A DNA stretch of 63,766 nt, filler included, from Cercozoa sp. M6MM (GCA_040357565.1; 10 parts of 10 records of this genome joined end to end with filler, not necessarily neighbours in it), one strand, 5' to 3'; shown: positions 1 through 13,200, counted from the whole stretch's first letter. Numbers and translations are program-made. The notes: generated from the sequence alone by a model not told the origin.

Positions 1-42
<42 letters not shown>

Positions 43-44
<2 letters not shown>

Positions 45-986
45 AAGCAGATGCATCGCGTCCGACTTGTGACGCCGCGGAATGCCGCCGATCAGTTGTC
101 GCTGTCGCTGCAGGCACAAACCATGCTGGTTCAGCACCTGCTCGGCTTGCAGCCCTTCCCGGTATGCTTTGCATCAATATCAAACATGAAGATGAAACCA
201 GATTATACCAGTTTACCCGCCTATCACAGAGTCCGTTGCGCACGATGGTGGCACCTCCGGCGAAACGGCGCCGCACGGCACGAACCTTCACGTTCGAGCG
301 AACATTGGCGCGTCCCCAACGCTCCGCTGTCCCCATCACTGTATGTATAAATTTACCATGTTGTCTGTCCAGACTGCTGTGTGTTGTGGCTTATCTACGA
401 GCTCGTTGACTGCGCAGGTACCTGGAACGGTGTCGGTCGCACCGCTCTCACTTCCGCACTCACCCGCTGTCGCTGCTACTGCCCACGGCAGTTTGCACGC
501 CTACGCCATGAGCGCCAACCAGCCGAGTAGCGCTGCCTCTACAAGCAACGGCACAAGCCCTCCTGACGGCAACAGCAGCGGCAGCAGCAGTAGCAACAGC
601 AGCAGCAGCAGCAGCATTGCGAACAGCCCAAACAAGGAGCGTGCACGCAAATCGCTACGTGACTTGGCCGACCTTGCGCGTGCTTCGCTCTCGCAAGCAC
701 AACCGTATTGTTTCCTTTCGCTGCTGGAAACAAATTATCTACGCGGTGTCGTTTTTCAGAACAACACCAGTATCGCAACTGACGCCGTCGCCATCGTTTG
801 CATCGTATCACATTCTTTGCTCTTTGCCCTTTGGCTGTTTACCACCACCTCGCTCTGGTGCAGGCAAGGTGCCGACCGCTCTATTGGAAGCAGCGACAAG
901 TGACCGCACTCGCACGTTTCCCATATGCGCTGGCGGCTTTCGTCTCGGGTCCGGAGGCGGCGCGAGGTTCGCCCTGGTCGTTGTGA
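43..986 (+). CDS. 3' part of an unknown Ser-rich low-complexity protein (5'-partial, intron-containing)
   Basis: GT-AG bounded segments follow the (TG)n. One exon has a poly-Ser tract (NSSGSSSSNSSSSSS). No recognisable domain, and the last-exon frame is uncertain. Confidence 0.35.
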
Positions 987-1499
987 CCGGTTACCATACC
1001 TGCGTGGTTGGTGCAGTGCAATGATTTGCGCGACTCACGATGTAGGATTCGCGCGCGCCCGAAACTAACACCTATTTAAACTCGCTGCGAACTAACTTAA
1101 CCGTGACTCGACTATCCACGGCATCGCATGCGCATGCTGTGCGCTGCCGTGTAACTTTTTGTAACGTACCGACTATTATTAAAATTTACTGCACTATCGT
1201 ACACGACATATCGTATCTCAACTATTTATTATCGTGTCGTATCATATATTCCCGTCCGTTCAGCGCAGTTTCATCCGCGACTGTACTGGACAGGTATCTT
1301 ATCTACTGCGCGTGCGCAAGGTAGGCCGCTTGCCGAGTCGGCTAACGAAACTAACGATCTATCACTCAATGAAATGCACATCTAGTAACTTACCTGTAAA
1401 AGTTCCGTTTTTATCCGTCAACCTCAGTGATCATGGATACGTACGTGCACCGATCGTCACTGCGGTACTATTTGAATCGACGCCTAAGACCAGGTTATG

Positions 1500-4228
<2,729 letters not shown>

Positions 4229-4557
4229 TCGCCGGGGGGTTTCGTTTCGTGGCTAATGACCAACTGAAGGTCGTTTGGTCTCGTGTAGCCAAAAGGCTTT
4301 ACTGTACCTTTGAGAGACTGCGTCCGCGCTGAGTTACCGCGATGCGAGACTGAAATGTCGCAGTGAGCATAGAGTTTCTCTTCGGTCAATGCGTGCGTTT
4401 CTCCAATTTCACGCAAACTCAAACTCCTCAACTTTTAGCAAGGTGTGCCATCGTGTTTTATGCTTCTGGCACGCGTTGTAGTGTGCCTTCTGACAATCTA
4501 TTGATCGCTAATTACCCTAAGGGCAAACAAGCGTCTACAAATCGAAAAGTCTCTGGG

Positions 4558-6055
4558 ATGGTGCGCCGTCGCTCGAATGTCGCGCGCCGCTTCTCGCAGT
4601 CTGGCAGCAGCGGTGGCAATCGCTTCGCTCGAAGGCGCAACTCGCTCGCGCAAGACAAGGTAAGCCAAGCTGCTCACAAATTGCACAGATTTGCGTTTAT
4701 TGCCCGGTAAATTTAGCTGTACAAGACCGAAGTCTGCCGCACTTGGTCGGAGACTGGAGCTTGCCCTTACGGCACAAAGTGCCAGTTCGCGCATGGTGAG
4801 AGCGACATGCGCCCAGTTCTTGTTGAGCCAAACTACAAGTCAGAGATGTGCAAGAACATTCTTCTGCACGGCGTATGTCCGTACGGTGTGCGATGTCGGT
4901 ACTAGATCTTGTTTCTCGAGCCGAGCCCACCTTTTACAATCAATGGTTTTCAGTTTCATTCATGACGATGACATCAAGGTTCTGATGCCACAATCGGTGA
5001 AAATGGTACCATGCCACCCGCGACCAAATCCAAATGGCGGACTCAAGCACCTCAGCAGCAAAAAGTCAGGAGACCCTGAACCCGAAGTGGATCCCATCCA
5101 CACGCGTAACTATACTCCTCCGCGCGGATTTCGATGCGTTTTCATCGTAAAGGGCAAGCACACTGACCTCAAAGAACTCGTCCAGATGGAAGAAGGCTCT
5201 GCAACAGAGAAAATTGAGTCTGAGGCAGATGAAGACGCTATTAAGAGCAGTGACGCCAGCGATCAGTTTGAACACGAAGCTCACTATCGATGGATGCCTA
5301 ACCCGCACCCTCGTCGCGAAGGCGGAATGACCAATCCAACCCACGTCAGCGAGCAGACACACGAGGCTTCACTGTCCCAATCCGCGTCAAACACGGTGAG
5401 CTCTTCGGTCCCTCGTCACAGCGATAGTGACGGCAAGAGCCACTCGGCAAGCAACCAAAAGCGCACCGTCGGTGGTCTTGTCATTCACGGAGAACTCCCA
5501 GACGCGATAGAAACCGGTAAGTACGACCTTCTTAAATAAACGATGTGGTAGTAATTGATTTGACGAGCTGTAACAGGCACTGTCGAACCTGTGCGCATCA
5601 TCCCTGCCATAACTGCCGAGTACCACCGCCAAACGACAAAACAAGAGTCTAAGCGTCCAGTGTCGCCTCGCATGGAAATCCTAAAGAATCTCTCGAAACA
5701 GGAGCTGTTGAAGCTGGTTCAACAGCAGGACTTTGACATCAGACGACTTCGTGCGCAGCTCACAGACACGCAAGTACGCCTGCGTGCAATGGAGGTACAG
5801 TTCGGAGTACAGGCACCAAAGGAGCCAGTGTTCGCGCCAACGTTGCACCAACCGCGCTGGAGCGGCCCGGTATTCACAAAGTCGGGTGAGCAGCCAGACT
5901 CACCCGCACGTCGCAAGCGCATCATGAAGATGTTCATGCATCATGCCAGTAGCACAGTCGGCACTCCCTTCTTTCGTTGCCTGTATCTTTGTCTTGCTGG
6001 CACGTTTTCTGTGTCAAACCCATCTTCTGATGTGCTCCCCGTCTGTACAGGTTAA
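4558..6055 (+). CDS. Tristetraprolin/ZFP36-family tandem CCCH zinc-finger RNA-binding protein with C-terminal coiled coil
   Basis: Spliced YKTEVCRTWSETGACPYGTKCQFAH and YKSEMCKNILLHGVCPYGVRCRFIH: two CX8CX5CX3H fingers with an 18-residue H-to-C linker. The 3' end is uncertain. Confidence 0.85.
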
Positions 6056-6730
6056 GCCGCGAAGATATTGCCCGCAGTCCGGGTGAGACGACACCCTGAC
6101 GAGCTGAAACAGCCGAATATTTTAGCTAGCTCGACAGCCGAAACTGCCGACCAACCAGCTGACTCCCAAAACTGAACGAAGCTGCCAATTTTCTAGATCA
6201 CAATCCATTTATTGAATCTTCCACCGTTACCTCACTATAGCCAGCCACTTAACGGCACCGCGCTCTGGCAGTCACTAAATTAGTGACCAGAGCCGACGAG
6301 CTACTTTTGCTGGCGTGGGTCAGTCAGCCACCCTGTATGGTAGTACTACGTGCTATACATACCGTACAAGTATGAGTCAGTCAGCGCAGTCGAGTGAAGT
6401 TGTGATCTGACGCGAGCTGCCTGGCCAGAGCAACTGCAAGATAATGAGCTGTGAGTCGACGTCGAATCACGTCACTCGCACTGTCATGTCACCGCACGGC
6501 GTCAACCAAAGAGCGCAAAACATCACCGTCGCAGTTGCAACGTATGATCGCTGCGCTGACAGGGTTGCGCCGGAACCTAGCCGAGCGGCGCACCAAAAAC
6601 CCTACCGGCTCACCAAAGACCCTACCTGCACACGCGTACCTTTCATCAAAATATATAGCCGAGCGGAGTGTCTATGTAAAACTATACATGAAAAAGATCA
6701 ACGAGCGACACTCAAGAATAGATTTGTAGA

Positions 6731-6984
6731 CTAGGGCAGGTCATCAGCATCACCATCCTCCAACACAAGCTGTGAAGGCGGAGCGACGAGTGACACCTAT
6801 AAGGCGGCAAAGCAACATTAAATGACAGTGACAGTACGATATAAAAAAGCCCCCTAATCATACCCGACGTTCCGCTGACGGCTGGTCGGTTTGTCTTCGT
6901 AACTCCTGTGGACATGAGCGATTCTTCCGCCTCCGGCGCTCCTGGTCCGGCAGTGCGGTTTCAGAGACTGTGAGAGGACTCATC
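6731..6984 (-). CDS. 3' end of an unknown gene (5'-partial at contig end)
   Basis: Two GT-AG spliced exons read MSPLTVSETALPDQ...SAERR|VSLVAPPSQLVLEDGDADDLP*. Confidence 0.4.
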
Positions 6985-6987
6985 TGT

Positions 6988-7081
<94 letters not shown>

Positions 7082-7089
7082 ACACACAC

Positions 7090-7189
7090 NNNNNNNNNNN
7101 NNNNNNNNNNNNNNNNNNNNNNNNNNNNNNNNNTTAATTAATTAANNNNNNNNNNNNNNNNNNNNNNNNNNNNNNNNNNNNNNNNNNNN
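7090..7189. other. Artificial contig linker (N44-TTAATTAATTAA-N44); recurs at ~14266, 17950, 42154, 45260, 57253, 59872, 61173 and 62466
   Basis: Identical six-frame-stop spacer embedded in Ns. Adjacency across it is not biological. Confidence 0.97.
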
Positions 7190-9169
7190 TTGGCGTATTT
7201 CGCAGCACGCGCTGCCTTGGCTACACACGTGGTACAGACAGACAGTCCATATGTACCTGTGTCCGTATGGACCTGTGTGTGTGTCCATATGGACAGGACA
7301 CTGTTGTGTACCACGATGCTCGGCGGCCTCCTCGGACTCGCCGTCGTCCTCCTCGCTGTCCGCGTCCTCGTCCTCCCTGTCCAGTTGTACACACCTGTGT
7401 CCATATGGACCACTTCTTGTACTGTCCAGGTTGTACCTGTCCTTGTCCCGATTGGACCGGTTCTTGTTGCACACCTCTGCCAGCGCACTGCGCAGCGAAC
7501 GCTTGCCCTCCTGCCGGGGGGGGTAGGGGTAGGGGTAGGGGTAGGGGTAGGGGGAGCGGGTAGGGGTAGGGGCAAGGGGTGGGAGTAGGGGGAGGGGGGG
7601 GGTGGGGGGGGGGGGTAGGGGTAGGGGTAGGGGTAGGGGTAGGGGTAGGGGTAGGGGTAAAGGACAGAGAGGCAGTGTACAGGCGTGGCCCAGAACATGT
7701 CGTACGACGCCTCGTTCTTGGCGTCCTACCGTGTGAGGGAGGGTAGGGGGTACAGGGGGCGCAGAGGGAGAGAGGGGTGGGTGGGTCAGATGTACCACTC
7801 CGCAGGCACGCAGACACAGATTGCACAGTCGCAGGATCGCCTCCTGTATATTATATATATACTAATTAATATATATACTAGAAATAATAGACATTTATTT
7901 ATACATAATAAAGTAAGACATAGATAGATATACAGACACAGAATAGAGACATATATATATATATGCATCGATATAGAAAGAGGTCTAAAGATACAGACTA
8001 CATGAGTGCCTATATAAAGATATTAATACATTATATATATATGTAGATGTACAGATATATAATGTATGCAGACAGACCTGCGACTCGCGTTCGGTGGCAG
8101 CGGAGCGGTACTGCAGCGCCCACTGCTTGGCCAGGCCTGTTCACATGGGGAGGGGGTAAGAGGGTAGGAGGGAAGGGGGGGGGTAAAGCACACGGTACTC
8201 TTGGCCTGTGCGCGAGTGCGGCACTTGCACAGTTTGTCGAACAGCGAGCCTGTCTACACACACACACACACACACACTTAGTTGTACACCTACTCCCTAC
8301 CCCTTGTCCCCTGGCTAAAAGTACCGCATCCACAACGGCGACTTCCTTCTTTTTCCGACTCGCTTTCGCCTTTGTCTTGCGTTTCTTCTCTGAGAGAAAA
8401 ATACGAGAATACCGAGGAAAAAAGAAAAGAAAGGTACTAGCAGGCTGCGCTTTCGTCTTGACGGGTTCCTCAAAGTCCTCGTCTGCACTCCAGGTCAGTT
8501 TATTCAGTCAAATCGGTTCGGTCAAACCAGTTTCGTCAAATCAGTTCAGTCAAATTCAGTTCAGTTCAGTCCAATTCAGTCAAATTCAGTTCAGAAAATC
8601 AACTCAGTTCAGTCAAAATAAGTTAACACAGAGGGAAGAAAAAAAATAAAACGCAAAGGCGACAAACTCACCGTCGTCGTTGTCGGAGGGAACTTCGATG
8701 TCGAAATCTTCATCTTCTTCTCCCGCTGCTTCGTCTTCTTCTTCTTCTTCTTCTTCTTCTTCTTGGTGCTCTTCTTCTTCCTCGTCGTTGTCTCGCATCT
8801 GATTCTCCTTGTCTTCTTCTTCTTCGTTGTCTTCGTCAGTCGGTTCCTGTTTGGTGTCCTTCTTGCCCTTCTTCGACTTCGACTTTGGCTTTCTCGACTT
8901 TGACTTTGCCTTTGACTTTGACTTTGCCTTGGCCTTTGACTGCCTCTTGGTGGAAGCAGCGGCGATTTGTTTCTCCTGCACTTCAATCTGCTGCGAGAAG
9001 GCACTCGACGCCGTCTGCGACGTCTTCATCACCATGTTGCTAAACAAGCCAACTTAGAATTTCAATCCAACTCCAGCAAAAGAAAACAGCGCAATGCGCA
9101 CCCATCGTCGTCATAGGAAACGATCTGACGCGGCGCTGGCGTGCGCTTGCTGCGTCGACGCGGTGGCAT
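7190..9169 (-). CDS. SCC3: Probable cohesin subunit SCC3/STAG (SA), N-terminal part (3'-partial)
   Basis: A basic/acidic disordered N-terminus is followed by spliced LFDKLCKCRTRAQAKSLAKQWALQYRS...EAILRLCNLCLRACGV. This resembles the STAG N-terminal block (LFE.V...VVDDWIESYK...ALLDLINFFIQCSGC). Confidence 0.6.
7517..7658. repeat. (GGGGTA)n telomere-like intronic satellite, C-rich on the sense strand
   Basis: Tandem GGGGTA units and G-runs inside an intron of the minus-strand SCC3-like gene. Confidence 0.9.
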
Positions 9170-9553
9170 GTCTGTACAACACAAAGCAATCCCGGAGCTG
9201 CGTGGTCAGAAATGAGGCGCCAAAAAATACTCTTCTCTTTGTTCGGCTTCTACTCTGAATTTGACCTGTTCAATGCAGTTTAAAAGCAACGGTAGCACCC
9301 CTACACCGCTTGGCAAGCTCTAGAAGCTGCTGAGAGTTTGTTTTATCTTTTGGTACAATTTTCCGATACACAGACCACGCATTGGGCGCTTGCTGTCCTA
9401 CAGCCTAGCATTTAGGGTTTACGGACGATGTAGCTAGCTTTATTGTCTATCGACATTAGTTCCCCGTCTACTCCTCGCACCTAGCCCATGATATGTTTTT
9501 CTAGAAAAATATATAATTTGAATGGTGCTCTGTGCTTTGTTCAGCTTCAAAGC

Positions 9554-9750
9554 ATACTCGATCGTGGGCCTCTTGGCTATGATCAAATGTAGTTTCTGTT
9601 CTTAATCTTGTAACAAAGATTAGCAGTCCTTCGTGACTGTCATTTCTGTTACTCACTGTTTGCGGTGATAGTCGGGTGTGTCGATGGCTTGCCACAGCAC
9701 CCGGCGCGCATGGCACCTGGCTCACACTGCCCCAGGTCTCGCCGTGTCAC
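9554..9750 (+). ncRNA. U2: U2 spliceosomal snRNA, divergent variant
   Basis: The 5' block GGCCTCTTGGCTATGATCAAATGTAGTTTCTGTTCTT aligns with canonical GGCCTTTTGGCTAAGATCAAGTGTAGTATCTGTTCTT. Also present: stem IIa TAATCTT-GTAACA-AAGATTA (9603-9622), the IIc partner TGTTAC (9647-9652), stem IIb (9623-9640), stem III with GGCTTGCC, and stem IV CCTGG...CCAGG (9716-9736). Length is ~197 nt. Confidence 0.9.
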
Positions 9751-9776
9751 TCCCCAATTCTTTTTGGTTTGACTTG

Positions 9777-9834
9777 GGTTTTTTATTTAATGAAGCAAAA
9801 GAGCGCCGGGTCCGCAGGTTTTTTATTTAATGAA
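9777..9834 (+). repeat. 18-bp direct repeat GGTTTTTTATTTAATGAA x2 between U2 and NAA20
   Basis: Exact copies at 9777-9794 and 9817-9834. Confidence 0.85.
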
Positions 9835-9890
9835 AGGTTAGTTAAAGCAACATTCATAAGCCTGTGCGTGCGTGGCTGTGGGAGTCTGTG

Positions 9891-10709
9891 ATGACAACAC
9901 TACGTGACTTTCGGCTCGAGGATCTGTTCGAGTACACAAATGTGACACTCGATGTGCTCACCGAAGTGTACACCGACACCTTCTACATGTACTACATGAG
10001 GTATCCCTGTCTCTATATGTCCCCGATCTTAGTATCTTTGACTTTTGTGCACGCGTTTCCTCCTAAACGCAGCAAGTGGCCGCGTTACTTCACAGCGACG
10101 GAAGATCACCAAAAAACGCTGACTGGCTACAGTACCATAATGTGTTTGTCTCTGGTCGAAACCAAGGTGTCTGTGCTCTTAGTGATAGGCAAGGCAGAGG
10201 GCAAGGGTGAGGAGTGGCACGGTAGGCCCTGCTCTGTGTGCTGATCTGGTTGGAAAGCAGACTGTTTTGCACAGGCCACATCTCGGCCGTGACAGTGGAC
10301 CCGCAGTTCCGTCGCCTCGGACTGGCCAGACGCCTCATCCGGGATCTCGAACGCACCTCAGAGGAACTGTACGACACATGGTTCGTCGATCTCTTCGTTC
10401 GTGCCTCCAACAAGCTCGCCATCGGTACCTGTGCTTTGACTAGTGTTCTCAACGTCCACTGTGATGTATGCACCCATGCAGGCATGTATGAGGCACTCGG
10501 CTACGCGATCTACCGCACAGTGCGCGAGTACTACAGCGCCGATCTGCTGCACGCTGCCGAGAACGCTCTGGACATGCGACGCCCGTGTGCCAAGGTACAG
10601 AACACACATACTTTCAATTGTTTAATCATTGCCCGTGCAGGACACGGATAAGAGGTCACTGATCTGCAAGAAACGCGTCGTTTCTCGTGATGAAATACGC
10701 TTTGACTGA
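9891..10709 (+). CDS. NAA20: N-alpha-acetyltransferase 20 (NatB catalytic subunit), 5 introns
   Basis: Spliced MTTLRDFRLEDLFEYTNVTLDVLTEVY...GKAEGKGEEWHGHISAVTVDPQFRRLGLA...FVDLFVRASNKLAIGMYEALGY...REYYS...ENALDMR. Confidence 0.95.
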
Positions 10710-10766
10710 CGGCTGCATTTGATTGAAACTTGACTCACAGCTGAAACTACAGCACTAGTGTAGCAA

Positions 10767-13200
10767 CTACAGTGCATCGGCACGCAGCATGCGGTCCAAA
10801 TGAGTGATCGCGCTGCGTTCGGCAGTGGTAAGCGGCAAGACTTTCTCCATGCGTTCGCTACAGCAAGCAAATAGGGAAACGGGTCAAACAAACCCTCAGC
10901 TCCGGAAACAAGTACACGAAGACATCGGCCTGTCGTCGGAGTGCGGCCACCTCGGCGTGGATCCGTTGCAGCAACGCGACGTTTTCCTCTCGGCTCAGTG
11001 AGTCCAAGTACTCCTCCCGATCGAAAGAGCTCTGCAAAAACACACGCAAACCAATCAGCTTCGTGTATCCAGCAGCATGTAACACGCGTGCAACAAGAAG
11101 CAGCATACTGCGTGTTCGTAAGTTTTATCACGTTGCTTTCTGCAAAAGCATACAAAAGATACAGTCACACAAAACAGGGTTTTGAGCGTACTTATGGTCG
11201 CGGCAAAACGTATCGGCGATCAGCTCGGTGCTCTGATCCTGGAGACTTAAAAGGTTAAACGTATGGCTGCAGCCTCAAGAACGTGTTACCACAAGACGCT
11301 CAATGTCGGCTTTCTCCTCGCGAGCTCTCGGTGCGTCCTGCAGCAGCGTCACTGGAACAAGGTCGGGACATGAGTCAGAAAGTAAGGTAGGAAGGAAGGA
11401 AGAAGCAAGAAGGAAGAAGCAATAAGCAAGGAAGAAGTAAGGAAAGACAAGAAAGGCCAAAGGGGTCGTACTAGCGCATGTGCGCATGTGCACGTTGGAC
11501 AAGGTGGCGATTCGCATTAGCTGCGCCCAATCGGCCAGGGAAAACGACGCAGCGACGTTGGGCCTCTCGTCAATCAGAAGCTTCGGTGCACTCTTCAGGT
11601 ACTACACAACAAACAAACAGGGAAAGGAAGGACAGTTTGACGTTGAAAGCCAGGGGACGAGGATCAAGGTACCCGCGAAACAGTAGACGAGTCCGTTTCG
11701 GCATGCATGCAGTACGACAACGCAAAGGCAAGCAAGGCACTTGTGTATACTGTTAGAGTATAACAGGTGGGAGGGTCGGCAGGGTCAGAAAGAACAAAGC
11801 ATACACGAGCTAAAGGTGTTTTTCTCGCAGGTAGCCAGCAATTTGTCTCGCAAGTGCTTTGTGTCTACCAAGGTGGCACAAGGAGTAAAAGTCATTAAGA
11901 CAAAAGACAAACAGGCACCGATCTGCACGGCGCCGCGACGCATGGTGTCGCTCAGGCGCTTCGTATCGTGTCGCCACACCGAGGAGCGTTCGTTCCCGGC
12001 CACTTGGTTCTACATAGAGATGTGGTAAGGCCAGAGATTATGGAAAGCCAGAGAAGCACACTTGGTACCTCATGCACAGGGTTGAGAGCACAAAACGCAG
12101 TTAGCGTGGTCATCAGGAACTCTCGCAACTGCACAAAACGTCAGCACACGCAACACACAAACACATCGTGTCGAGAGGGCACCAGAGTTTGGTCTCGAGG
12201 TAGCTTGCTGCCGTATTTCTCTGTGCGTGTATATGGCAGTGTACGAATAAAAAAGTCCAACAGTCTATCAATAAACTGAACTAACCAGGCTCGAACGACA
12301 TCAAATAGGTGTACTTGATACCCAAGCGCAGCCGTTGCACCGCGCCAATGTTACTGCAACACAGAGACTCCCGTCAAACCCAAACAAACACATGTGAAAA
12401 CGTGGAAAACATAAGCCAACTTGAGAGGGGTGGCGATAACGTTGGCCAGTTTGACGCAGTGCTCCATCTCGTGTTTCGAAAGGTCGGTACAGCATCTCTG
12501 GAGCAGTACTCGCAGCACCTAAACAGAGACAGAGTAAAATAAACACAAACAACCCACGACTGGCGAAGCTGGAGAAACGCACGATAATAACATTGGCGAC
12601 CAAGACGCGGAAACTGTCGCTTCTCGCCAAGATATCGTCCATCTGCTGCTTCACCTGGTTCAACGGCACCAACACCGAATCGCGCAACAGGCACACTAGC
12701 CACAGCTGCAAAAAAGAAGATTAATAATCGCTTTTGGGAAAAGACAAGGCTACAACGCGCACGCCCGAGTCAGCCTCGTCAGTGAACTCTGTCCCTCCGT
12801 CGTCGGTTTTGGACATCATATGAAAGTTCAGAAACAGCCTGCGCATCTCGTAGGTGCATTCTGCCGGCGAGTGCAGCTTCAAACTGATGACCTGCATCAT
12901 GCGCTTCTGCGCACGCACAAAATCAACAGGCATGCATGCCACAGGAAATCTCAGCGAAACATAGGACTCACCCGCAGGACTGGACTGCTGTGTGCGTAAG
13001 ACGCAAGTCGATTCAATAGGTCGATCTCCTTTTCGCCGCCTTTGTTCTGGGAGAACTGTAGCATATGCACACATAAAAGAAACGCGCCACAAATCACCAA
13101 GTCAACTTGCCCGTCGCGCCCATCGCACACTGCGCGGCAGCCTGTACAGGCACAGCATTGTGCCGATACTCTGACAGCAAGCCCAGACTTGCGGGTGCCT
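10767..13200 (-). CDS. Unknown multi-exon helical protein; 5' end disturbed by a local duplication/inversion
   Basis: GT-AG spliced exons such as KRMMQVISLKLH...EFTDEADSG|LWLVCLLRDSVLVPLNQVKQQMDDIL and ...HLDRMLRADAL*. The start is unresolved. Confidence 0.5.

Noticed and set aside
1389-1495. ACTTACCTG followed by GATCA and TGCAC, suggestive of U1 snRNA
   Set aside because: Spacing and stems do not put these motifs in U1-like loops. It is more simply the reverse complement of a CAGGTAAGT donor-like site downstream of the Kazal gene. A cmsearch with the U1 model would settle it.
7134-7145. TTAATTAATTAA recurring nine times
   Set aside because: Always centred in N-runs. It is an artificial six-frame-stop linker, not a biological repeat or a piggyBac site.
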